64,000 nt of DNA from Candidatus Eiseniibacteriota bacterium (lineage in GTDB: Bacteria; Eisenbacteria; RBG-16-71-46). Below, piece by piece: positions 50,087 to 59,573 of this stretch (within the stretch, counting starts at the first letter, position 1; every line of letters starts with the position of its first letter). The DNA is taken from assembly GCA_963717935.1 (NCBI GenBank), contig CAVQXP010000004.1, positions 896,001 through 960,000 on the forward strand, given 5' to 3'. The position numbers were made by a program, and so were the translations under genes. The notes below the pieces were generated by a model, which worked only from the letters and a program-made list of their open reading frames with translations, ran no database searches and had not been told where the DNA came from.

Positions 50087-53000
50087 ATGCGACCACTCCC
50101 GCTGCTCCTGAAGGCCGTCACGGCCTTCGCGCTGCTCCTCCTGCCGGGCGGAGCGGTGCGCGCCCAGTCCCTGCGCGTGGTCGCCGTCGACGAGCGCGGC
50201 GTCACCCTGCAGCTGAGCCTCCCCGGCTATCGGCTCTCGGCGCCGCTTGCCGACGGGCGCGTCGAGCTGAGCGTGCCCGGCTACGCCGTCACGAGCCTGC
50301 CGGGGCGGCCTCACCTGCCCTATGCGCAGACGCTGGTGGCGCTGCCGCCGGGCGCCGGGGCGCTGGCCCGGGTCGTGGACCTGGGCGAGGAGGAGGCGCG
50401 CGACAGCCTGCGGCTCGCGCTGGGCGCGAAGCCGGTGATGCGGGACGGGGCAGGGGGGTTCGGCCCGTCGCCCGGGCTCGAGCCGGTGCCGCCCATCCTC
50501 GATGGGCCGTGGCCCGCCTCGCCGGTCGAGCTGGGCGAGCCGGCCGTCGTGCGCCGCCAGCGCATGGTGGCCGTGCAGGTCCGGCCATTCCGCTACGACG
50601 AAGCCACCGGCCGGCTCTGGGTGCGCCGCTCGCTCACCGTGCGCGTGGACTTCACCGGGGTCGCGCCGGGTGCGGCCACGGGCGTGGCCGTGACCGACCG
50701 CCACTGGGAGCCCGTCTTCCGCAACGCGCTCGCCAACTACGAGCAGGGCCGCCGCTGGCGCGGGCCGCAGCGGGCCGCGGCCGGGCTCTTCGGGGACCGC
50801 GCGGCCCTGCCCGCGGCCGTGCGCGCCGTCGCCGGCTTCGATGAGAGCGAGCCCGAGGTGCGCATCAAGGTGGACTCGACCGGGGTCTATGCCTTCCCGT
50901 ACGCCGACCTCGTCGCACAGGGCTACCCCACCGCGGTGCCCGTGGGCGAGGTGAGCCTGCACCGGCACGAGTACGTGGGCCCGGCCGACCCGCCCTACGT
51001 GACGATCGAGCTGCCCGTCGAGGTGGACGACGCCAACGCCAACGGCGTCTTCGACTCGGGCGACGCCATCGTCGCCTTCGTCGCCAACTGGGTCGAGCGC
51101 TCGGGCGTGACCTCGGTGATGCAACGCGACTGGGGCGACGCCGAGGTGGTCTTCGCCACGCGGCTCGTGGGCGGCGCGGGCCTGCGTCTCCCCACGCGCG
51201 CCGGCTGGCGGGACGCCACGAGCCCCGCGCTGCCCGCCTCGTATCCGTGGACCCGGCGCTGGGAGCGCTCGTTCAGCTACTTCGCCTACCCCTCACCGAT
51301 CGACACGGCGACCGTGGACCGCTTCCTGTGGACGTCCTACTTCCTCTACTACAGCCGGCCTGACTCGTTCCGCTTCGAGACCAACGATCTCGATGCGACG
51401 CGCCCGGTCACGTTCCGCACGCGGCTGCTGGGCAAGGACAACAACGCGCACGTCCTGTTCGGGCAGATCCGGAACGGCCTGGGCCAGCTCAACATGGTGG
51501 TGGACTCGTTGCTGTGGTATGGCAAGGAGGCGCGGACGGTGAGCGTCACGCTTCCTCCTGGCGCGCTGACGGAAGGGGCGACGAACAGCCTCGCGCTCTG
51601 GGGCAAGGGCTCGACCCTGCCTCCCGACCCCGTGACCAACGCGCTGGTGGGCGTCGGGCTCGACTGGTTCGAGACCACCTGCTGGCGATCCTACCGCGCA
51701 CTCAATGGCTACCTCGCGGCCAACAGCGGTGACGCCGCGGGCCTCTACCAGGTGCACGCCACCGGCTTCGGCTCGCCGGCGATCCGCGTCTACGACGTGA
51801 CGGACATCGTGAGCCCGGTGCGGCTGGCGGTGGACGCGAGCCACATCGCCCCGGCCGGCAGCGAGTACACGCTCGACTTCCAGGACTCCACCGGCGCGAG
51901 CCCGCGCCGGTACGTCGTCTTCGACCGTCCGAAGCTGCTCCCCGCCGGGCGCTACACGCCGGTCACGCGGCGGCAGCTCACCGCGGCGACCGGAGAGCGC
52001 GACTACGTGGTCATCGTGCCCGAGGCCTGGACGACCGCGGTGGACCCGCTGGTCGCGCTGCGCCAGTCCCAGGGGCTCGGCACGGTCGTGGCCCCGCTCG
52101 AGTCGGTGAACGACGAGTTCAACGGCGGACGCAAGTCCCGCTGGGCCATCAAGCGCTTCCTGCGCTACGCCATGGAGAGCTGGAACGCGCGCTTCGTCGT
52201 GCTCGTGGGCGACGGCAGCACCGACGGGCGGAACCTGCTCGGCACCGCAGGCACCGATTGGGTGCCGGTCGCGCTCATCCCCGGACCGGTCTCCTCGGGC
52301 ACGTCCGGGCTCGAGATGATCCCGGCCGACCCCTGGTACGGCTGGTGCCTGGACGAGGACCCGGCCTGCCTGACCGCGGCCCTGATCGAGCCGGACCTCT
52401 ACGTGGGCCGTCTGCCCGTGAACTCGCTCCAGCAGGCGCGCGACGTGGTGGCGAAGCTGGTGGCCTACGCGGCCTTCGACCCCGACGAGACCTGGCGGCG
52501 CCGCATGGTGCTGCTCGCCGACGACTGCTACTCGGGCGTGAGCACCTTCGGCGGGGGCGGTGGCACCGGCTACTGCTACCGCAGTTACGAGATCGTCTTC
52601 CGCCTGCTCAACCAGGCGGTGTCGGCGGTGATCGCCGACTCGTCGGGGATGAGCCTGGCGCGGCCCGAACTGCTCGATCTGCGCTCGTACCTGACGGACC
52701 CCGCGCTCTACGTGGTCAATGGGCCCGGGGACACCTGCCGGGTGGGGACGGAGGTGGCCGAGGGCACCCTGCGCGCGGTCTTCAACCCGGTGCTCTTCCA
52801 GAAGCTCAACGAGGGCGCGCTCTGGTGGAACTACCAGGGCCATGCGAATCCCTACGTGCTCTCCCACGAGGTCTTCTATCGGAACCAGGGGTCGTTCCAG
52901 GACCGCGACAACTTCATGAACGACGGGAAGCTGTTCCTGTTCTCGGCCTTCTCCTGCCATGCGAATGCGTTCTCGGACGTGTCCGAGGGCAATCCCTCGC

Positions 53001-54310
53001 TCGGTCCCTCGCTGGGCGAGAACATGCTCACGTTGCCGTTGCGCGGAGCCATCGCCTCGTGGGCCTCGAGCGGCTTCGAGATCGTGCCCTCGAGCGGTTC
53101 CTACCACCTGAACGTCGAGTTCGCCCGCTCGCTCTTCAGCGATCCGCCGCACGACGACGAGCTGGGGCGCGGGCTCGCCGACCGCGGCGCGCGCGTGCCG
53201 CTGGGCGAGGTCATCGCGCTGACCATGCTCAACTACCTGCCCACGGTGCGGCAGTCGTCGTCCGAGCGCGGGGTCGGGCTCACCTACAACCTGCTCGGCG
53301 ATCCCGCGACCCGGTTGTGGGTGGGGCCCGCGCAGATCACGGTGACGGCGAACGGCCAGCCCGTGACGAGCGGCCAGCCGGTGCGGCTCGCGAGCGGCGG
53401 CGACACGCTGCGACTCGAGGCGGAGCTGGTATCCAACGTCGAGATCCGGTCCGTCGAGCTGCTGCAGTCGGGCCGCGACGGGACGATGGCGGTGCCGCCC
53501 GAGCTCTACCAGCTCACCCCGCCCTTCCCCGACACCACGGCGACGGGCCAGGGCGGGCGACGCTACCACCTCTCGTATGTCACGACGCTCGCCAGCAGCT
53601 CGCTGCGCTACACGCTGCGGATCACCGACCGCTACGGCGTGACCCAGTCGTTCGACGTCGTGTTCGAGTTCGAGACCGGGTTGTTCAGTGACGGCGTGCC
53701 CGTCCAGGAGGACGACCCGGTCGCCCCGGACGCCCCGCTCGCGTTGCTCGTGCTCTCGCCCGGGCAGCTCGATCCCGACAGCCTGAGCCTCTCGGTGGAC
53801 GACGCGCCGCAGCCCTTCACCTGGGAGTTCGCGCGCGGTGACACCACCGGCCGGCAGTACTGGCTGCGCTGGCTGCACGCGCCCTATGGCGAAGGCCGTC
53901 ACGCCGTGCTGCTCGAGGCTCCCGTGGACCAGCGCCTGGTCCACCACTTCCGGGTCGAGACCCGCTTCGCGTTGCGCGACGCGCTGGCCTTCCCGAACCC
54001 GTTCGACGACGAGCTGGGCACACGCTTCGTCTTCACCCTGACCGGGGAGACCCCGGCCGATCTGCTGGTGCGCGTGTACACGGTGAGCGGGCGGCGCGTG
54101 TACGAGACCCGGCTCGACGGTCTCTCGCCCGGCCATCACGAGATCCCCTGGGACGGTCTCGATGAGGAGGGACAGAAGCTTGCGAACGGCATCTACTTCT
54201 ACAAGCTGGTGGCCCACGGCTCCTCCGGCACCTCGGCGTACGATGGCCGCCTGGTCAAGCTCCGCCGGCCGCGACGCTCCACCGACCCGGCGAGCGGCAC
54301 GACCCCGTAG
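50087..54310 (+). CDS. C25-family cysteine peptidase (PorU/gingipain-like) with propeptide and FlgD/CTD-like C-terminus
   Basis: Signal peptide; PGRPHLP propeptide; VLVGDG, YVGRLPV, NYQGH (His), FSCH (Cys), YNLLGDP; tail AFPNPF..VYTVSGRRV..WDGLDEEGQKLANGIYFYKL. Confidence 0.88.
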   Translation: MRPLPLLLKAVTAFALLLLPGGAVRAQSLRVVAVDERGVTLQLSLPGYRLSAPLADGRVELSVPGYAVTSLPGRPHLPYAQTLVALPPGAGALARVVDLGEEEARDSLRLALGAKPVMRDGAGGFGPSPGLEPVPPILDGPWPASPVELGEPAVVRRQRMVAVQVRPFRYDEATGRLWVRRSLTVRVDFTGVAPGAATGVAVTDRHWEPVFRNALANYEQGRRWRGPQRAAAGLFGDRAALPAAVRAVAGFDESEPEVRIKVDSTGVYAFPYADLVAQGYPTAVPVGEVSLHRHEYVGPADPPYVTIELPVEVDDANANGVFDSGDAIVAFVANWVERSGVTSVMQRDWGDAEVVFATRLVGGAGLRLPTRAGWRDATSPALPASYPWTRRWERSFSYFAYPSPIDTATVDRFLWTSYFLYYSRPDSFRFETNDLDATRPVTFRTRLLGKDNNAHVLFGQIRNGLGQLNMVVDSLLWYGKEARTVSVTLPPGALTEGATNSLALWGKGSTLPPDPVTNALVGVGLDWFETTCWRSYRALNGYLAANSGDAAGLYQVHATGFGSPAIRVYDVTDIVSPVRLAVDASHIAPAGSEYTLDFQDSTGASPRRYVVFDRPKLLPAGRYTPVTRRQLTAATGERDYVVIVPEAWTTAVDPLVALRQSQGLGTVVAPLESVNDEFNGGRKSRWAIKRFLRYAMESWNARFVVLVGDGSTDGRNLLGTAGTDWVPVALIPGPVSSGTSGLEMIPADPWYGWCLDEDPACLTAALIEPDLYVGRLPVNSLQQARDVVAKLVAYAAFDPDETWRRRMVLLADDCYSGVSTFGGGGGTGYCYRSYEIVFRLLNQAVSAVIADSSGMSLARPELLDLRSYLTDPALYVVNGPGDTCRVGTEVAEGTLRAVFNPVLFQKLNEGALWWNYQGHANPYVLSHEVFYRNQGSFQDRDNFMNDGKLFLFSAFSCHANAFSDVSEGNPSLGPSLGENMLTLPLRGAIASWASSGFEIVPSSGSYHLNVEFARSLFSDPPHDDELGRGLADRGARVPLGEVIALTMLNYLPTVRQSSSERGVGLTYNLLGDPATRLWVGPAQITVTANGQPVTSGQPVRLASGGDTLRLEAELVSNVEIRSVELLQSGRDGTMAVPPELYQLTPPFPDTTATGQGGRRYHLSYVTTLASSSLRYTLRITDRYGVTQSFDVVFEFETGLFSDGVPVQEDDPVAPDAPLALLVLSPGQLDPDSLSLSVDDAPQPFTWEFARGDTTGRQYWLRWLHAPYGEGRHAVLLEAPVDQRLVHHFRVETRFALRDALAFPNPFDDELGTRFVFTLTGETPADLLVRVYTVSGRRVYETRLDGLSPGHHEIPWDGLDEEGQKLANGIYFYKLVAHGSSGTSAYDGRLVKLRRPRRSTDPASGTTP

Positions 54311-56303
54311 CGGCGTCTTCGCGCTCTTCGCGCTCGTCGCGCTGGCGGCGCCGCCGGGCGCCGGCGCCGCGTCGGGAAGGCCGGCCACGCCGCCGGCCGT
54401 GAGCGTGCCCGCGCGGGCCATCGCCTCCGCGTCCGCGGACACCCTGGCCGACGCGCGACTCACCCCGCTCCAGCGGATCGAGAAGGCCGAGGACCAGCGC
54501 ACGCTGGCCGGGGGCGCGCTGGCGCGCTACCTCGCGGACCCGGACGCCGCGCTGCGCCGCCGTGCCGCGCTCGCCGTGGGGCGCCTGCAGGACACGGCGG
54601 GCACCGCGCTCCTGCTGCCCCTGCTGCAGGACGCGGACGCCGAGGTCAGGCGCGAAGCCGTGTTCGCGCTGGGGCAGATCGGGCTCGCCCACCCCGCAGG
54701 CTCCGGCCGGCCCGCGTCCGCGCGGGCCGAGCTCGAGCGGCTGGCCGGCGACGACGACGCCGAGACCGCCGACCTCGCGCTCGAGGCGCTCGGCAAGCTG
54801 GGGGACCGGGCCGCGACCTCGCGCGTCGCGGCCTTCCTGCGCGAGGGCTCGTCGCCGCTCCTGCGCGGCAGTGCCGCGGTCGCCCTGTGGCGGCTGGCCG
54901 ACTCGACCGCGCTCGAGCCCCTGCTCCTCTGCCTCGACGACCCCGAGGCGGGCGTGCGCTGGCGCGCGCTCTACGCGCTCGAGAAGCTCGTGAGCCCGGA
55001 CCAGGTCGTGCTGCTGGCCGCGATGCACGTGGACGACGACGATGCGCTCGTGCGCGCCCAGGCGGTGCGCACGCTCGGCCGGCAGAAGTCGCCGCAGGGC
55101 ACGGCCTACGTGCTGCAGAAGCTCGACGACCCCGGGACGGGCGTGGTCGTGAACGCGATCCGCGCTCTCTCGCTCATCGCCGACACGACCTGCGGCGCCT
55201 GCCTGCCCGCCCTCACGCGTGCGCTCGACGCTGGGCACCCCTACGTGCGCGTGACCGCCGCCACGGCGCTGGCGGACCGCTTCGCGTGGGTCCCGGGCGA
55301 CTCCGCCGCGGGCCGGGCCGCGCTCGACTCGCTGGCCGCAGGCCTGGGCGATCCGGACGCGGCGACTCGCGGGGCCTGCGCCCGGGCGCTTCTCGCCCGC
55401 CGCGGCGAGGCCGCGCTGCCGATCGTCCAGGACGTCCTCGCCGACAGCTCGGTCTACGCCCGCGTGGCGGTTCTGCAGGCGCTGGCGCTGCTGCCCGCGG
55501 CGGCGGCGGCGCCTGCGCTGATGGCCCGCCTCGCGCCCGGCACGCCGGTGTTCGAACGCGCCACCGCGGCCGAGGCGCTGGCGACGCTCAAGGTGGTCGC
55601 CGCGGCGCCCGGCCTGCGGGCCGCGCTCGCCGACACCTCGCTGCTGGTCGTGGCCACGGCGGCCGGCGCGCTGGCCGAGCTGGGTGACTCGGCCGCCGTC
55701 CCCGGGCTCGTGCGCGCCTACGCCGCGCACGCGCTCGACGCCGAGGCGGACGCCCGCGCCGCGCTGCTCGACGCGCTGCGGTCACTGGCGGCCGGGGGCG
55801 CCGCCGACAGCCTCGAGCGCGCGCACCCGGCCGCCGTGGGGCGCGCCGTCTACGACTCGGCCTTCTTCGCGCCGCCGGCTGCGCGCGGGGCGGTGCTCCA
55901 CACCCCGAAGGGCGACATCGAGTGGGCCTTCTACGGCGCCGAGGCCCCGCAGACCGTGAAGAACTTCGTGCGGCTGGCCGAGCGCGGCTACTTCGATGGA
56001 CTCCACGTCCACCGCGTGGTGCCCAACTTCGTGGTCCAGGACGGCGACCCCACGGGCACCGGCTCCGGCGGCCCCGGCTGGACCCTCCGCTGCGAGTACA
56101 ACCGCCTGCGCTACGAGGCCGGCACGGTGGGCATGGCGCTCTCGGGCAAGGACACGGGCGGCAGCCAGTGGTTCATCACCCACGCGCCGCAGCCCCACCT
56201 GAACGGGCGCTACACCATCTTCGCGCGCGTCGTGCGCGGGCAGGACGTGGTGGAGCGCATCGTGCAGGGCGACCGCGTGTCGGGCGTGGAGATCCTGAGG
56301 TAG
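54243..56303 (+). CDS. HEAT-repeat protein with C-terminal cyclophilin-type PPIase
   Basis: Many D-x-x-VR-x-x-A-x-x-ALG repeats; APQTVKNF, HRVVPNFVVQDGDP, GGSQWFI, HLNGRYTIF; start uncertain. Confidence 0.88.
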   Translation: MAAWSSSAGRDAPPTRRAARPRSGVFALFALVALAAPPGAGAASGRPATPPAVSVPARAIASASADTLADARLTPLQRIEKAEDQRTLAGGALARYLADPDAALRRRAALAVGRLQDTAGTALLLPLLQDADAEVRREAVFALGQIGLAHPAGSGRPASARAELERLAGDDDAETADLALEALGKLGDRAATSRVAAFLREGSSPLLRGSAAVALWRLADSTALEPLLLCLDDPEAGVRWRALYALEKLVSPDQVVLLAAMHVDDDDALVRAQAVRTLGRQKSPQGTAYVLQKLDDPGTGVVVNAIRALSLIADTTCGACLPALTRALDAGHPYVRVTAATALADRFAWVPGDSAAGRAALDSLAAGLGDPDAATRGACARALLARRGEAALPIVQDVLADSSVYARVAVLQALALLPAAAAAPALMARLAPGTPVFERATAAEALATLKVVAAAPGLRAALADTSLLVVATAAGALAELGDSAAVPGLVRAYAAHALDAEADARAALLDALRSLAAGGAADSLERAHPAAVGRAVYDSAFFAPPAARGAVLHTPKGDIEWAFYGAEAPQTVKNFVRLAERGYFDGLHVHRVVPNFVVQDGDPTGTGSGGPGWTLRCEYNRLRYEAGTVGMALSGKDTGGSQWFITHAPQPHLNGRYTIFARVVRGQDVVERIVQGDRVSGVEILR

Positions 56304-56568
56304 GGCGCGGGTGTCCTCGGCCGGCCCCGGCCTGGCGCCGGGGCCGGCTCCCGGCCCGCCCGGCCCCGGCCCCCCCCAACCCCGGGCCGGCGCTGGCGTT
56401 GGCAGCCCGTCCCGGTCCGGGGCAGCCCCGGGCTCGTGGCAGGCGCCTTCTGACCGCCCCGCGGGCCATTTTCTTGCTGCGGAGGGCCGTTCCCGGGGGT
56501 ATAATCAGGACCGTGTTACTCCGCTTGGCGCCGTGACGACCGGGCGCAACCGGCAAGGAGTCTCTAAA

Positions 56569-57351
56569 CTGCTGCCTTCGAGCCTTATCCCGCTGGTCGT
56601 CCTGTTCCTCCTGACGTCCGCGCTGCCTGCCTTCTGTGAGGGCGTCACGGCTCCCGCCTCCGCGGTCTCCGCCGTGGAACCGGGCGCCCTGCTCACCCCC
56701 GACGACGGTGGTTCCGCCGCCACCGCGACCAACGTGGACGTTTCCGCCCTGGGGGGTGGCTGGACCTGGCGTGGATCCCAGGGGCTGCGCAATCCGGAGA
56801 CCCGGGGCCTGGCGCGTTTCACCCAGCGCCTGGGCGACGCGCGAGTCGTGGGCCAGGCCCTGCTGGCCGGTTACGTCACGGGGCGCATCACCGGGCTGCC
56901 CAACTTCTCGGCGGCCAGCGCCCGCGTCGCAGGTGCCACGTTCAGTGCGGTCGTGCTGTGCGAGGGGCTCAGACTTGCGGTGGGGCGTGCCCGGCCGGAC
57001 GTCGCACCCGGCGACCCCCACGAGTTCCGGCCTTTCGGCGGGCTCGACGCGCCGTTCCCCTCGGGGCAGACCACCGTCGCCTTCGCCGCGGCCGCGGCCA
57101 TCGACGAGGAGTCCCAGGCGCGCTGGGTATCGTGGGTCGTCTACCCGGTCGCGGCGGCCGTGGGCCTGGTGCAGGCGCACGAGGACGGCTCCGGGCTGGG
57201 CGACGCCGCCGCGGGCGCGGCCCTCGGGTTCTGGGCGGGCCGCAGGGTGGACCAGATCGAGCGCGGCCAGGTGCGGATCTTCGACCGCGCGCGCTTCCTG
57301 GTGCGCGGCTCGCCGCGCAACTTCCGGGTGGGATTCAAAGCACGCTTCTGA
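56569..57351 (+). CDS. PAP2-family phosphatase-like protein with degenerate active site
   Basis: RLAVGRARP, FPSGQ; signal-like N-terminus; start either GTG 56533 or CTG 56569 after AAGGAG; TATAAT at 56500. Confidence 0.7.
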   Translation: MLPSSLIPLVVLFLLTSALPAFCEGVTAPASAVSAVEPGALLTPDDGGSAATATNVDVSALGGGWTWRGSQGLRNPETRGLARFTQRLGDARVVGQALLAGYVTGRITGLPNFSAASARVAGATFSAVVLCEGLRLAVGRARPDVAPGDPHEFRPFGGLDAPFPSGQTTVAFAAAAAIDEESQARWVSWVVYPVAAAVGLVQAHEDGSGLGDAAAGAALGFWAGRRVDQIERGQVRIFDRARFLVRGSPRNFRVGFKARF

Positions 57352-57363
57352 GCTGGGGCTCAG

Positions 57364-57400
57364 AAGTGGCCGGTCGTCGCAATCGGACGGCCGGCCACTT
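57364..57400. terminator. Hairpin between convergent genes
   Basis: AAGTGGCCGGTCGTC-N7-GACGGCCGGCCACTT. Confidence 0.55.
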
Positions 57401-57436
57401 GTGCGCCAGGGGTTTGCCGGCGCCCGGCGGGCGGCG

Positions 57437-58315
57437 CTAGCGGTTCGCGGCCCCGTCCGCCGCCGGCGGGAAGGTCCCGGCGCTCAGGAACTCCTCGAGG
57501 ATGCGCCGCAGCGACCCGGCGACCCGGTCGGCCACCTCGGTCACCTCGTCGTGGGCCAGCGGGCCCGCCGAGAGCCCGGTCGCACGGTTGGTGATGCAGG
57601 AGATGCTCGCTGCCTCCGCACCCAGCTGCGCGGCCAGCATGACCTCGTGCACGGTGCTCATGCAGGCCACGTCCGCGCCCAGGTAGGAGGCCATGCGCAC
57701 CTCGGCGGCCGTCTCGTACGCAGGCCCGAGCCCGCCCATCAGCACGCCGCGGTGCAGGCAGACGCCCGCGCGCTGCGCGGCCGCGAGCAACGACTCGCGC
57801 AGGCGCGGGCTGTAGTAGCCGCCCACCGGCCGGCCGGCCCGGCGTGCCGCCAGCTCCTCGCGGGTGAAGAGCCCGCGCTTGCCGATCGAGTTGATGTGGT
57901 CCACCGCGAGCATCAGGTCCCCGGGCCGGTACTCGGGGTTCATCGCGCCCACGGCGTTCGTGAACAGCAACGTGCGGGCCCCCAGCGCATGCATCACGCG
58001 CACGGCGAAGGTGACGCGGTCGAGCGTGTAGCCCTCGTAGCGATGGCTGCGGCCCGAGAGCGCGGCGACGGGCACGCCCTGCCAGTGCCCGAGCGCCAGC
58101 CGCCCGGCGTGGCCGTGCACGGTCGAGCGCGGCCAGTGAGGCAGCTCGGTGGTGGGGAGGACGACCGCGTCGTCGAGCACGTCCACCACGCCCCCCAGGC
58201 CCGACCCGAGCGTGAGCCCCACGCGTGGCACGAGGTCGGTGCGCGCGCGGATGGCGTGCACGGCCTCCGCCACGCGGGCGTCGAGGTCGTGGGAGGGCAG
58301 CAGGGCATCGCTCAT
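57437..58315 (-). CDS. Purine-nucleoside phosphorylase (trimeric family), copy 2
   Basis: LGSGLG, STVHGHAG, GRSHRYEG, TNAVG, GPAYETAAE, MST, CITN. Confidence 0.92.
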   Translation of the reverse strand: MSDALLPSHDLDARVAEAVHAIRARTDLVPRVGLTLGSGLGGVVDVLDDAVVLPTTELPHWPRSTVHGHAGRLALGHWQGVPVAALSGRSHRYEGYTLDRVTFAVRVMHALGARTLLFTNAVGAMNPEYRPGDLMLAVDHINSIGKRGLFTREELAARRAGRPVGGYYSPRLRESLLAAAQRAGVCLHRGVLMGGLGPAYETAAEVRMASYLGADVACMSTVHEVMLAAQLGAEAASISCITNRATGLSAGPLAHDEVTEVADRVAGSLRRILEEFLSAGTFPPAADGAANR

Positions 58316-58382
58316 AGGCGGGGGATTATCCATGCGGGGGGCCTCCTCGGCAATCCGGGGGTGCGCCTCCGGGCTCGCCCGG

Positions 58383-59288
58383 CTACTGCTCCTCGGGGTC
58401 GTACGGCACGCCGACGGCGCGCGGGGCCACGGCGCGGCCGATGAAGCCCGCCAGCGCCAGCATCGTGACCAGGTAGGGCATCATCTGGAGCAGCTCGTTG
58501 GGGAAGCGCGAGCCCTGCAAGGTGATCTGCAGCGCCTCGGCGGCGCCGAACAGCAGGCATGCCGCGGCGGCGCCGAACGGGGACCACTTGCCCACGATCA
58601 TCGCGGCCAGCGCGATGTAGCCCCGCCCGCCCGTCATGCCGTCGGTGAACGAGTGCTGCTCGCTCGCCAGCCACGCCCCGGCGAGTCCTGCCAGAGCGCC
58701 CGAGACGAGCACGCCCGCCGTGCGGTAGGCGTTCACCGAGAGCCCCAGCGTGGCCGCCGCCTCGGGCCGCTCGCCGATGCTGCGCAGGCGGAGCCCGAAG
58801 ACGGAGCGGAAGAGCAGCCACTGTCCACCCAGCACCAGGGCCACCGTGACCAGCACCAGCGGCGTGGCGAGGACCTGGCCGATGCCCGGCACGTGCACGA
58901 GGCCGGCCAGGTCCCAGGCGGGCAGGCCCACCACGCGCGAGGAGTTCGACGAGGAGTGGAAGACCTGCGTGAGCACGAACTTGGTCAGCCCGGCGGCGAG
59001 CAGGTTGATCCCGAGGCCGCTCGTGATCTGGTCCGCGCGGGCCACCACCGTGACCAGTGCGTGCAGCGCCCCGGTCGCGACGCCGGCGGCGAGGGCCGCG
59101 GCCACGCCGGCCCAGGCGTTCCCCGTGAAGTGGGCCCCGAGCACGTAGGCCAGCGCCCCGTTCAGCATCATGCCCTCGAGCGCGATGTTGACGACGCCCC
59201 CCCGTTCGTTGATGGAGGCGCCCAGCGCGGCGAGCGTGTAGGGCACGCTGATGCGCAGCGTGGCGGCGAGGAAGAGGAGCAGGATCAC
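58383..59288 (-). CDS. Nucleoside/sugar ABC transporter permease (BPD_transp_2)
   Basis: ERGGVVNIALEGMML, DQITSG, GLRLRSIGERPEAA, GRGYIALAA, PYLVT. Confidence 0.92.
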   Translation of the reverse strand: MILLLFLAATLRISVPYTLAALGASINERGGVVNIALEGMMLNGALAYVLGAHFTGNAWAGVAAALAAGVATGALHALVTVVARADQITSGLGINLLAAGLTKFVLTQVFHSSSNSSRVVGLPAWDLAGLVHVPGIGQVLATPLVLVTVALVLGGQWLLFRSVFGLRLRSIGERPEAAATLGLSVNAYRTAGVLVSGALAGLAGAWLASEQHSFTDGMTGGRGYIALAAMIVGKWSPFGAAAACLLFGAAEALQITLQGSRFPNELLQMMPYLVTMLALAGFIGRAVAPRAVGVPYDPEEQ

Positions 59289-59354
59289 GCCGGCAGTCCA
59301 GCACGGCACGCAGGGGTGGTCAAGCGACAGGGCGGTGGGGCTGTGACCGGGCAC

Positions 59355-59510
59355 GACGGCCAAGCAGCGCGGCGGGGAGCCCGCAGCGAGGGTCCGGGCC
59401 CCGGCCGACGCAGGATGCGGCGGCCGGGGGATTGCCCGGGAGCGAGCACGGCCAGGATGGCCGCGCGCAGCGTCCTCGCGGAGGGCTCCCCGCCGCGCTG
59501 CTTGGCCGTC
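59355..59510. repeat. Long inverted-repeat element (MITE/REP-like)
   Basis: Perfect 28-bp arms 59355-59382 and 59483-59510. Confidence 0.75.
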
Positions 59511-59573
59511 CCCTCTTCGGGCTCCGGGCTTCCCGGCCGGTCGCTTGACCGCCGTGCCGCTCGGCCGTCGTGC

